DNA of 64,000 bases from an uncultured Nitrospiraceae bacterium (GTDB lineage: Bacteria; Nitrospirota; UBA9217), in NCBI GenBank assembly GCA_964412455.1, contig CAYPOT010000011.1, positions 3,822 through 67,821 on the forward strand. The letters are read 5' to 3'. The notes under the pieces are model-generated. The model was not told the origin of the DNA, searched no databases, and saw nothing but the letters and a program-made list of their open reading frames with translations. The first letter of the stretch is position 1; the number at the start of each line of letters is the position of its first letter. Positions 54,625-63,805 of this stretch are shown here, in pieces. Made by a program: the position numbers and the translations under genes.

Positions 54625-54640
54625 TGGCAAGGTACGTGCA
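54625..54640 (+). promoter_or_regulatory. Sigma-54 promoter TGGCAAGGTACGTGCA
   Basis: GG/GC are in canonical register. It lies 46 nt upstream of ATG 54686. Confidence 0.65.
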
Positions 54641-54685
54641 AGATAGATCGCAGATGGACAAAACAAAGAGTTAAAAGGTGAGACT

Positions 54686-55480
54686 ATGAACATCCTTGTC
54701 GTCTATGATGGTACATTACACGCGAAAAAGGCATTGCTTTATGGGTTCAAGAAGATCCAGGAGGCAGGCGGTGAAATGACGGTATTGCAGGTATTCGATC
54801 CACGACCGTTCATTGATTATGACGCCGGACCGCAGGCCGAAGAGATGGCCCGCAAAGAGGCGTCGCAGGGCCTTGCTGAGGCAAGACGGCTCGTCAGCGA
54901 GCAGGCAGCCGGTATTGCCGTTCGGTTCATTTCAGACGAAGGCGATGTCGCCCGGAAGGTCCTGGAATATGCCGAAGCAGAACGTCCAGGTCTTGTTCTT
55001 GCTCCTCCCCGATACCGGGACCTGACCAAGACATTAACCTGCCCGCTCACGCTGGTCCCCGGAACCATCCTGGTGCCCATGGATAATACGGGAAGTCCCG
55101 CGGCGAGCATTGACCGTATCGTTGAGGAAGCGGAGTCGACAGGTTCCAGGGTTCTGCTCCTCGGTGTCGTTCCCGTCCATCTTTACAGCAGGGAGGAAAA
55201 AAAGGACCTGGAGCGGGTAAAAAAGGAAATAATCGCCGCCATAAAGAAGTTGAAAAAAACGCTTGCGGAAAAAGGGATCGCTGTCTCCGAGATCGTGCGC
55301 TCCGGGTATCCCGATGAGGAGATACTGAAGGCGGCCGGAGAGCATACCGTTTCGCTCATCCTGTTGCCGTCGGGCAGCACGGTGCCTTCCGAGCTCACCA
55401 AAGCGACGGCCATTATTCTCGAAGAGTCCGAGCGGCTGAAATGGCCGGTGTTCCTTCTGCCTCCCGCGGAAGCCGTCTAG
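54686..55480 (+). CDS. Tandem divergent USP-like protein
   Basis: 264 aa. The N-terminus MNILVVYDGTLHAKKALLYGFKKIQEAGGEMTVLQVF is paralogous to 52942-53373. Confidence 0.55.
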   Translation: MNILVVYDGTLHAKKALLYGFKKIQEAGGEMTVLQVFDPRPFIDYDAGPQAEEMARKEASQGLAEARRLVSEQAAGIAVRFISDEGDVARKVLEYAEAERPGLVLAPPRYRDLTKTLTCPLTLVPGTILVPMDNTGSPAASIDRIVEEAESTGSRVLLLGVVPVHLYSREEKKDLERVKKEIIAAIKKLKKTLAEKGIAVSEIVRSGYPDEEILKAAGEHTVSLILLPSGSTVPSELTKATAIILEESERLKWPVFLLPPAEAV

Positions 55481-55802
55481 CCCGGGCTCCGCAGTTAAAA
55501 AAGACAGCTTCGATAAATCAATAAGGCGAACTTTCTACGCCTTATCAAACGATCTGCTGTGCCGCATCTCCTCCAGACGTTTCCCGGGAGCAGTACCCGG
55601 TCCCGCGCATTCCATCCGCCGCTGACAGGTCCGCCACATTTCCATCGCGAGGAAGCAAGTCAACAGAGGGGCATCGGTGCGCTCTGTGGTCCGGTGATCG
55701 ATTGGTCGCCGCACGGGGCCGCTTTTTGCGCTCCGGAACGGCATCGGATCCTGTTGATAGATACAGGCAGAAAAGAAAGGCCGTCCCTGTACTTGAGTCT
55801 GC

Positions 55803-56462
55803 TCAAGCGCGTGATTGATTTTTTGCGAAAAAGAGCGCTATCGCCTGCGTCCTGCTTTTTACATTGAGCTTCTTATATACACGGTACAGATGCGACTTCA
55901 CGGTCCGCTCGCTAATATTGCTTCCGCCCGCGATCTCACGATTGGTAGCACCCTGAAGCACCCTCGTGAGCACTTCCATTTCACGGTCGGTCAAAGATCG
56001 AAGTTTCGGGACATGAGCATGAAGCGTTTCCGGCAATAACATCGGCTTTGACAGTGCCATTTCGAGAAGTCTTCTTTCCACCCATATCTCCCCCTCATGG
56101 ACAGTGCGAATCGCTTTTGCCACGCTCACCGGAGAGTCGGTAATGCGAATGTACCCCCTGACCCCGGTCTTGACGTTTGTAATGACGGTTTCATCTGAAG
56201 GAGGGTTCTCAAAGATGAGGATCATTCTCGTATGAGGAGATTCAGCCTCGACCGAATTGATCAAACGGGACAGGGTCCGCCGTTTTAAAACAGCAGGATT
56301 CAGAATGATGATATCGGGCCTGGCTGACAGTTGCCTGAGCGCATTATCAATGGTTGAGACAACTCCAACCACTTCAATATCGTGGTGTTTGTTTAACATT
56401 TTTGTCAACGTCTCAGCCTGGCCGCTGTTGTTATCAGCTACCAGTATTCGAATAACGCTCAT
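55803..56462 (-). CDS. LuxR/NarL-family regulator with a pseudo-receiver domain
   Basis: 219 aa. C-terminal HTH LTDREMEVLTRVLQGATNREIAGGSNISERTVKSHL. The receiver has ADNN and IIILNPAV where DD and the phospho-Asp are expected. Confidence 0.75.
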   Translation of the reverse strand: MSVIRILVADNNSGQAETLTKMLNKHHDIEVVGVVSTIDNALRQLSARPDIIILNPAVLKRRTLSRLINSVEAESPHTRMILIFENPPSDETVITNVKTGVRGYIRITDSPVSVAKAIRTVHEGEIWVERRLLEMALSKPMLLPETLHAHVPKLRSLTDREMEVLTRVLQGATNREIAGGSNISERTVKSHLYRVYKKLNVKSRTQAIALFFAKNQSRA

Positions 56463-56700
56463 AATGCCTCCAGCGCATCGTTCATTTATATACTATTTTA
56501 GAACGACCAGGATGTCAAGCTGACGACAAGGAACCCAGCCGTCGCGCAATATTCGCACAAATAACAATATTGCATACAGATAAGCGCAGTATGTTAACGG
56601 CACTCATTCGCAGACAGCTTTATAATATAAAACCCGGATACGGTGGGAGTCGCAGACCGACGCCAACTTCCCGGGAGATAATGAAGATCCCGTCATTTAG

Positions 56701-56830
56701 CAGGCTGTTGAAAAACTAATATCGCAGGCTAAATCCTTCGGCTGCCAAATCGTAACGTATTTATTTCTCGCAAGCAGCCGCATCCTTTAGGGTGCGTTTT
56801 CAGCTTTTCGACGCCTTTTTCAACAGCCTG
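56701..56830. repeat. Repeat family F-related palindromic element
   Basis: 15-bp TIR CAGGCTGTTGAAAAA / TTTTTCAACAGCCTG. Its left arm is shared with 25146 and 25773. Confidence 0.8.
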
Positions 56831-57253
56831 TTAAGATAATCTCACAGGGTACTGATTGCTGATTTTGTGGTCAGTGCGTTGAATTTTCAGGAGATTATCC
56901 TATAGCGGCCCGCGGGACTTTAATCCGTTCTCTCTTTAAGTTTCCTTAAAACCCTTATCCAGAAGAGAGTATTTCAGCGACATATTTTACATTCAACCAA
57001 TATTTAATACGCATTTATAGCCATATTTTACATGTAGTTACAGTCACTACGGGGTAAGTTTTTACGTAAGTCCGCATGAAGTTAAAAATTGTTATTGACA
57101 GTAATTATATTTTGTGATATTTCCATAACAGGGTTTCTAATACTTTAGTCTTACTGGTGGGCTTCCTGGCTTCTTAAGAACTGTGTCAAAAAAGGGGGTG
57201 ACTTGCTGGTAAGAAGCCCAAGCCGACCAAATCATAACCAAGGAGGACCGACC

Positions 57254-57817
57254 ATGATCAAGAAGATCGCAAGTATTTTACTCCTGTTGCTTTTAGTTGC
57301 GGTGCCCGTGGCATTCGCGGAGGATGAAGTCGGGGAAGTGGCAAGCGCGATCAAATCCGCCGCGCCGATACCGCCCGGACAATTCGCGATTATCGCGAAA
57401 TACGCGGATCGATATCTGAGCGGTGTTGCCGGCCGCACGATCTATGCCTCGGTGTTTAATGATGGCATCAACGATCCGGCCAAACCCTATGACGACCTGA
57501 GCGATTTCTTTGTTCTCGATATCAGGTCGGCGGCGGATTTTGCTAAGGGACACATAGAGGGCGCGGTCAACGTACCGTTTGCGCTCGTCGCAAAGTCTGA
57601 AAACCTCGTCCTGTACCCGACGGACAAGCCGATGCTCATTGTGTGCTACACGGGTCATACGGCATCAGTCGCAACAGGCATTCTGAACACCCTGGGCTAT
57701 GATACGTGGACACTCCGTTTCGGCATGATGTCCTGGACGGGATATTCAACACAGAAGATCTATTCCCCCAGTGTAACTCAGGGCATTTACGGCGGCGCAT
57801 ATCCGGTAGTACAATAG
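57254..57817 (+). CDS. Exported single-domain rhodanese sulfurtransferase
   Basis: ATG 57254. Signal peptide ILLLLLLVAVPVAFA. FFVLDIRSAADFAKGHIEGAVN and catalytic loop CYTGHT. Confidence 0.75.
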   Translation: MIKKIASILLLLLLVAVPVAFAEDEVGEVASAIKSAAPIPPGQFAIIAKYADRYLSGVAGRTIYASVFNDGINDPAKPYDDLSDFFVLDIRSAADFAKGHIEGAVNVPFALVAKSENLVLYPTDKPMLIVCYTGHTASVATGILNTLGYDTWTLRFGMMSWTGYSTQKIYSPSVTQGIYGGAYPVVQ

Positions 57818-58029
57818 AGAATCCAGCATGGGGTCCCCGGGAACGGGGACCCCATTTTAGTTAATTAATGCTGCAACTATCCGCAATTATTATACTTATT
57901 CAACAACATATTGAAATGACGAGTTAATAGTGATTGTCAGCAAATAGGTTGCCGTTTCATCGTGAAGTTTGCAGCAATGCTGTCGCTGTATATTGATAAA
58001 GAAGCTCATGTCAAACAGGGGAGGGGAAA

Positions 58030-58539
58030 ATGGATTTTTTCACGCGAACAAGAGGTTCCAGGCCCTATTCGGCGCAAAAGCGGTCCATCGAAACGTCCAT
58101 ACTCGCGATCTTTATTCTTGTGCTTGTGCTTGCAGCCTTCACCAGGGGAGACGCCGCCGAAAAAACGACGGATCAACTCCTGGATGAGGCACGCGCAGCA
58201 GTAAAGAGCGTCTCGATCCAGGAGGTTAAGGGCATCGTCGAGCGGAAGGAGAAGGTGGTCCTTCTCGACATCAGGGACATGAAACAATTCAGTATTGATC
58301 ATATCCAGGGCGCGCAGAGCATGTCGCGGGCAGTAGGCCTTTCTCCGCGCATTCTCGAGTATCACTTGCAGAAAATCGCGCCGGATAAGACCGCCAGGAT
58401 CATCGTGTACTGCGAGTTCGACACCCGTTCTCCACTGGCGGTAAAAGAGATGAATGCGATCGGATATTCAAATGCCATGTATATGAAAGGTGGAGTGGAG
58501 GCCTGGAAAAAGGAAGGATATCCGCTCGAAAAACAGTGA
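58030..58539 (+). CDS. Membrane-anchored/exported single-domain rhodanese
   Basis: 169 aa. Hydrophobic segment ILAIFILVLVLAAF. VVLLDIRDMKQFSIDHIQGA and catalytic loop CEFDTR. Confidence 0.75.
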   Translation: MDFFTRTRGSRPYSAQKRSIETSILAIFILVLVLAAFTRGDAAEKTTDQLLDEARAAVKSVSIQEVKGIVERKEKVVLLDIRDMKQFSIDHIQGAQSMSRAVGLSPRILEYHLQKIAPDKTARIIVYCEFDTRSPLAVKEMNAIGYSNAMYMKGGVEAWKKEGYPLEKQ

Positions 58540-58561
58540 TGCTCCCCGGGAGGAATGAACG

Positions 58562-60190
58562 ATGAACATTCGCACGGTAATGAATCGCAGCCTGGCAGTC
58601 GGCGCCTCGGTGGTTGCCATGGCCGTTGCCGGTCAGTTTTTCGTGAGCTGCGGCGGCAACTATGAAAAGCCTTCAACAACGCAAACCGAATCCGCGCTGA
58701 TCCCGGCTGAAACCCTGAGAGCCTGGATGGCTGCCGGTAAGGTGAACGGCGCCGGCTACGACCGGGTGGTCATCCTCGATGTGAGCACCTCGGCAAATTA
58801 TGCCGCCGGGCACATTCCCGGAGCGCTTTTTCTCGATCCCAACGATCTCAGTCAATCCAGGACCGAAGGCGTCGGGATTTCCGGCACCGAGGTCCTGGAA
58901 GGTTCAAAAATGGACGCGCTGATCCAAAAGTACGGGATAGACGGCGGGACGACGGTTGTCTTCTCGGGGTCGTCTTCTCCTTCGGGTTTTCCTTGGAGTA
59001 TGATGAATCCTTCGCGGGCATATTTTGTATTCCGATACTGGGGCTTCCCCAAGTCGCGGCTTAAGCTGCTGGACGGGTTGAATGCGTCCTGGACCTCCGG
59101 GCTGACCACCGATCCCTCTCCGTCAGTCGCGCAGTCTACCTATAGCGTCAAGAACAACCGGGCGCTGCGGAGCGACCTCAGGGTGTCATTATCGGAAATG
59201 ATCGATTATGCGGATGGTAAAATACCCGGCGTCCTCCCGATAGACGTCAGAAGCGCGGCTACGGGCGGATCCTACGCAGGAGTCCGCGGTTCCACCACAG
59301 GCCTATATTCAACCGTCAGCGGGACCGCATCAGTAACGGATGTCATGGTTTTTGAAGGCCGCATCAGGGGCGCTCAAGCCCTGCTCTACAGTTCTCTCTA
59401 CAACGGGTCGTATATGTTCAACCCAACGGACCAGCTCATAGCGAGTTTCACCGCCATCGGGCTTGACAGTACAAAAACCGCTTATGTCTACTGCAGAGTC
59501 GGGAACCTTGCAGCAATCGGATTTTTCGTACTCGACGGAATACTTGGATGGCCGACGGCTGTTTATGACGGTTCATGGTCACAATGGGGACAATTATCGG
59601 GGAACGCGAGCATGAAAGGTCAGCTCAGCGCGGCATCGCCCTGGCGAACGGATATAGCGGGGCGCAGCGACCTGATCGTTTATAATTATGAATCAATCAG
59701 CGCCGTCACTTTTTCGGGAACAGGGACGAATGATTTGGTGACAGGCGGGCTCTATACGAGCGGGACAACTTCAACATTCACCGTGCAGATTGATTTTGTT
59801 GGCACTCCGGATACGTTCAAATGGACGGGCGATGGTGGTTCTACCTGGGCAACGGGCATCCCGATCACGGGCAGCGCTCAATTATTAGTCAGCGGTCTGA
59901 CCGTCTCTTTTGGTTCAACCGGAGGACATGCGCTGGACGATTCCTGGACGTTTACGGCGAGAGCGAGAAAAAATGTCGAGCAATTGACCGCGGATGGAAC
60001 CACCTGTTCGGCAACCTACCTGGCAAACGGCGCCATAGCGAACTCCACCGCCGGCACAACGGCCTGCACCAATTCCCCGGCCTCTTTTGATACCGGCGCC
60101 AACCGGGTCGAGGAGGCAGACAAGGCTTACATAAAGTCAGGCGGATCGGGAGGAGGCGGGGGCGGAGGGAGCGTTCCTACCGGCTGCTAA
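58562..60190 (+). CDS. Tandem-rhodanese lipoprotein with Thr/Gly-rich C-terminal domain ending in a poly-Gly tether plus Cys
   Basis: 542 aa. Lipobox-like AGQFFVSC. The first domain has no loop Cys (VVFSGSSS). The second has the loop YCRVGN and DGSWSQWG. The C-terminus is ...SGGSGGGGGGGSVPTGC. Confidence 0.75.
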   Translation: MNIRTVMNRSLAVGASVVAMAVAGQFFVSCGGNYEKPSTTQTESALIPAETLRAWMAAGKVNGAGYDRVVILDVSTSANYAAGHIPGALFLDPNDLSQSRTEGVGISGTEVLEGSKMDALIQKYGIDGGTTVVFSGSSSPSGFPWSMMNPSRAYFVFRYWGFPKSRLKLLDGLNASWTSGLTTDPSPSVAQSTYSVKNNRALRSDLRVSLSEMIDYADGKIPGVLPIDVRSAATGGSYAGVRGSTTGLYSTVSGTASVTDVMVFEGRIRGAQALLYSSLYNGSYMFNPTDQLIASFTAIGLDSTKTAYVYCRVGNLAAIGFFVLDGILGWPTAVYDGSWSQWGQLSGNASMKGQLSAASPWRTDIAGRSDLIVYNYESISAVTFSGTGTNDLVTGGLYTSGTTSTFTVQIDFVGTPDTFKWTGDGGSTWATGIPITGSAQLLVSGLTVSFGSTGGHALDDSWTFTARARKNVEQLTADGTTCSATYLANGAIANSTAGTTACTNSPASFDTGANRVEEADKAYIKSGGSGGGGGGGSVPTGC

Positions 60191-60280
60191 TGATGCCCCT
60201 GTTGCCGAGGTCTGTTTTTTGAAGCGATTCGTCATGTATGCTTTGGTATGCGTCAGCTGTCAGGCGCGAAGGAGGAATTC

Positions 60281-61513
60281 ATGAGTAAGGGGATGCGAAT
60301 GAGGATATTCACGGTCTGCACAGGTTTTATCCTTCTTTTGCTCGGTATTGCCCGGATAGGCGCAGCCGAGGAGGCGAAATCATCCTGTCTGACCTCAGAC
60401 GGTGCAGTGATAAGGATGAGCGACACGGCTTTCATGCGAATTAATTATCAAAGCCAGTTCGTGGGCGCCTGGCGGGACACGGGGTCCGGGCGCGATGGGA
60501 CGAAGCCCACGACCGATTTCTATTTTCGGCGCAACCGGTTGACCCTGAGCGGACAGGCAACCAACGAGCTGAGCTATGCGATCAAATTGGACCACTCGGG
60601 TCCGCGACGGGTCGGCGCTGTCGACGTTGCGCAGGAGCCGGTCAGCGAGTTCGAGGTGCTTGAGGCGCATGTGGACGCGGAGCTCGGCAAGGACTTTCAC
60701 GTGACGGTAGGAAAGACAAAAATACCTTTTACGCGTGAGGTGCTGGAAGGCTGTTTCAATCCCCTTACACTCGATCGTTCGCTGTTCATCGCCACCCCCA
60801 TGCAACGAACAAGGGATATGGGGGTAGTGCTCTGGGGAAACGCGATCCAATCCAAAGTTAAATATATGGCGGCAATTCAAGAGGGGCAGGAGACTTCCAA
60901 CGCACCCGAGAGTTCTCCCCGCTACACAGGCCGGGTCCATCTCGCACTGCTCGACCCCGAAAGCGTCTTTGGCTACAGCGGCACCTACCTGGGAAACAAA
61001 ATGGTCTTTACGATCGGCGGCGCCGCCCAGTATGAGGCAGGCGCGGTCTACGGTGATGTGAACAACATGGCGGGTGAAAAAGATTATAAATCATGGACCG
61101 CGGATATCTTTATCGAGTATCCTGTAGGGCTTGCCGGCTCGGCTACGCTCTCGGCCGCTTACATGGAAACGAACTTTGATAAAGCGTATCAGGGATCTGA
61201 TCCGGATCCCGGAAGCGTCGGCGTTGACGGTGAGAAAAAAGGATGGTATGCTAAGGCCGGTTTCCTCTTTATTGACAAGATCGGCCCGGGCCAGATCCAG
61301 CCTTTTCTCAGGTATGAAGATTGGAACTTTGCCCAGCTGAACGGCGTTTTCGCACAGCGGATAAAATGGACCGGCGGCGGCGTAAATTACCTCATCAATG
61401 GCCAGAATTTGAGGTTGACGCTGGAATATGCGCAGACTGATTTTAAAGATGAGGAAAATTCAGATTCACAGGATTTCACGACGATAACCTCGATGCTCCA
61501 GTTCAGTTTTTAG
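60281..61513 (+). CDS. Outer-membrane porin-like beta-barrel (OprO/P-like?)
   Basis: ATG 60281 after AAGGAGG. Signal peptide ...LLLLGIARIGAAEE. Alternating beta-strand pattern, FYFRRNRLTLSG, and C-terminal MLQFSF. Confidence 0.65.
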   Translation: MSKGMRMRIFTVCTGFILLLLGIARIGAAEEAKSSCLTSDGAVIRMSDTAFMRINYQSQFVGAWRDTGSGRDGTKPTTDFYFRRNRLTLSGQATNELSYAIKLDHSGPRRVGAVDVAQEPVSEFEVLEAHVDAELGKDFHVTVGKTKIPFTREVLEGCFNPLTLDRSLFIATPMQRTRDMGVVLWGNAIQSKVKYMAAIQEGQETSNAPESSPRYTGRVHLALLDPESVFGYSGTYLGNKMVFTIGGAAQYEAGAVYGDVNNMAGEKDYKSWTADIFIEYPVGLAGSATLSAAYMETNFDKAYQGSDPDPGSVGVDGEKKGWYAKAGFLFIDKIGPGQIQPFLRYEDWNFAQLNGVFAQRIKWTGGGVNYLINGQNLRLTLEYAQTDFKDEENSDSQDFTTITSMLQFSF

Positions 61514-61674
61514 TTGTCACCACCGGGCGCGGCAAGCGGCTTGATCAAACCTGATCCGCAAGCCGAAACGGAAAGGCGTCTCACGCAAAGCAGCAAAGGA
61601 CGCCAGGAAAACTTTTAGGCCTTGGTCTTAAATAGCGACTAATACGAGCGCAATAGAATTTGTTACGGCTTTGC

Positions 61675-61722
61675 CCCTCACCTTTATCCTCTCCCCATAG
61701 GGGAGAGGGTTGGGAGAGGGGG
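61675..61722. repeat. Hairpin repeat CCTCTCCCC-ATA-GGGGAGAGG with flanking G/C-rich arms
   Basis: Read directly. Same class as 42550-42613. Confidence 0.6.
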
Positions 61723-61983
61723 GACGTGCCGGGATGGAACATTATCTATTTCGTTTGTATTGGTCCGGCCTTTCTTTACGACTTTGCGCGAAAACAGACA
61801 GCCTTATTTGTAGAAATTGGTTCAAAAGGCATGATAACTGTTCTGCAGAGTCTTTTCTATTTGCCCCGGTGGTACCGGGGGTTCTACCGCCGGTCTTTTA
61901 ACAACAGCGGGATGCCGGATAAGGTCCGTCATGACAAACAAACTTTTTAAAACAGACTCTGAGCGCTATTGAGGGCCGCTACG

Positions 61984-63627
61984 ATGGGAATGCTGAAAGA
62001 TAAGGTCGCTAAAAGTATAGGCGCAAAACTGGTGCTGGTCATGTCTATCGTCATTGCCCTTATCATGATCCTCAGCTCGGCCTTTATTGCCCAAAATCTC
62101 TATCGGGGGCAGGTTCGCATGCTTGAGGCGCGGGCACACGAGCTCGGTTTTTTCCTGGGGAAGAACCTGTCCGATCCCATTCTTTTTAAAGACAGCATCG
62201 CGATCGACAGCCTCGTGGCGGAAGCAGCTTCAGCAAGGGACATGGTATTTGTATACGTATCGGACACCCCCGGGACGGTGCTGTCGAGCGCGGTTGCAAG
62301 CTTCAATGAAAAAGAGACCGGCGAACTCCTCAAAGGGGAAAAAAGCGAAGATGTCCGCGCACTCGCGGATAGAATTATGAAGACGCTCGATGTGATGACA
62401 CTGACGTCGGACGTTCAGGTGGACGGCAAAAAGCTCGGAACCGTGACCATGGGATTCTCAAAGCGGGCGATCACGCGCGAGACAAACAGCATAACAGGAA
62501 TGCTTGCCGGGACCAGCGTGGTGATCATTCTGGCGCTCGCGGGAATGATATATTTCATGGTCCGCAGGCTGGTCGTACTGCCCGCGGCTTCCGCTGTCAG
62601 TGTGGTGAGGCTGGTGGCGGCCGGAGACCTTTCGAAGGAAATCCGCGTTCGCTCCCTTGACGAGCTCGGAGAGCTGGGGGGAATGATCAATAAGATGATC
62701 GTCGATCTCAGGGAATTAATAGGAAAAATACGGGAGAGCGCTGAAGATACGACAGCACATGCCCAGCAGATCGCCTCGGGTTCGGACGTCCTTTCCCGCG
62801 GCGCTTCCGAACAGGCGTCATCCGTCGAGGAGGTCTCTTCTTCAACGGAGGAAATGGCCGCCAATATCCGTCAAAATACGGAGACCGCGAACGAGACCAA
62901 GAAGATCGCCCTCAAGGCGGCGGAAAACGCACAAGAGGGTGGCAAGGCTGTTGATGAAACCGTGATCGCGATGAAGGAGATATCGGGAAAGGTATCATTC
63001 ATCGGGGAGATCGCCCGGCAAACGAACCTGCTTGCTTTGAATGCGGCAATCGAGGCGGCACGGGCCGGAGAGCACGGGAGGGGATTCGCGGTCGTAGCGT
63101 CTGAAGTGCGAAAGCTCGCGGAAAGAAGCCAGGCGGCGGCAGATGAAATAAACAAGCTTTCCCTGACCAGCGTCGGAGTGGCCGAACTGGCGGGCCAATT
63201 GCTCAAGAAGATCGTTCCGGACATTCAAAAAACCGCGGAGATGGTGATGGAGATCAGCAGCGCCAGCGCCGAACAGAATTCAGGTGCTGAACAGATCAAC
63301 AAGGCCGTCCAGCAGCTCGACAGGGTAATTCAACAAAACGCGGGCGCCGCGGAAGAAATGGCTTCAACGGCGGAAGTGCTTTCGTCCCAGGCCGATCAAC
63401 TCCTGTCAACCGTCTCCTTCTTCAAGATGTCGGGAAAGGAAGATGCTTCGGCCCGGAGCAAAAACGTGAGGGCCATAAGCCATGACCGGGATGTCGCCAG
63501 GTCGCCGGGGAATACGGCAGCGCCTGCACCGGGAAGAGAAATAAAAGCGATCGGAAGGCGCTCAGGTGTGACACTGGATATGGGGAGCGTTCAAGATAAA
63601 CACGATGACGCATTTGAGAAATTTTGA
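61984..63627 (+). CDS. Methyl-accepting chemotaxis protein
   Basis: 2 TM plus HAMP. The signalling hairpin [41 protein letters not shown] is highly conserved. ATG 61984 is preferred over TTG 61969. Confidence 0.9.
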   Translation: MGMLKDKVAKSIGAKLVLVMSIVIALIMILSSAFIAQNLYRGQVRMLEARAHELGFFLGKNLSDPILFKDSIAIDSLVAEAASARDMVFVYVSDTPGTVLSSAVASFNEKETGELLKGEKSEDVRALADRIMKTLDVMTLTSDVQVDGKKLGTVTMGFSKRAITRETNSITGMLAGTSVVIILALAGMIYFMVRRLVVLPAASAVSVVRLVAAGDLSKEIRVRSLDELGELGGMINKMIVDLRELIGKIRESAEDTTAHAQQIASGSDVLSRGASEQASSVEEVSSSTEEMAANIRQNTETANETKKIALKAAENAQEGGKAVDETVIAMKEISGKVSFIGEIARQTNLLALNAAIEAARAGEHGRGFAVVASEVRKLAERSQAAADEINKLSLTSVGVAELAGQLLKKIVPDIQKTAEMVMEISSASAEQNSGAEQINKAVQQLDRVIQQNAGAAEEMASTAEVLSSQADQLLSTVSFFKMSGKEDASARSKNVRAISHDRDVARSPGNTAAPAPGREIKAIGRRSGVTLDMGSVQDKHDDAFEKF

Positions 63628-63805
63628 ACGGCGGGTGCGCGAAACGGTTAGCCGGAGTTCCACAGTTAAAACAATATTGCTTCGACAAAACAATAAGTAG
63701 ATTATTTAAACATGCTCTATTCCGCACTCCATTTCAATTCATTTCGGTTGGTTCGGAATCGACAACCCGAGCAGTTGGAGCAAAACCCGTAACGCTTGCG
63801 GCGCT

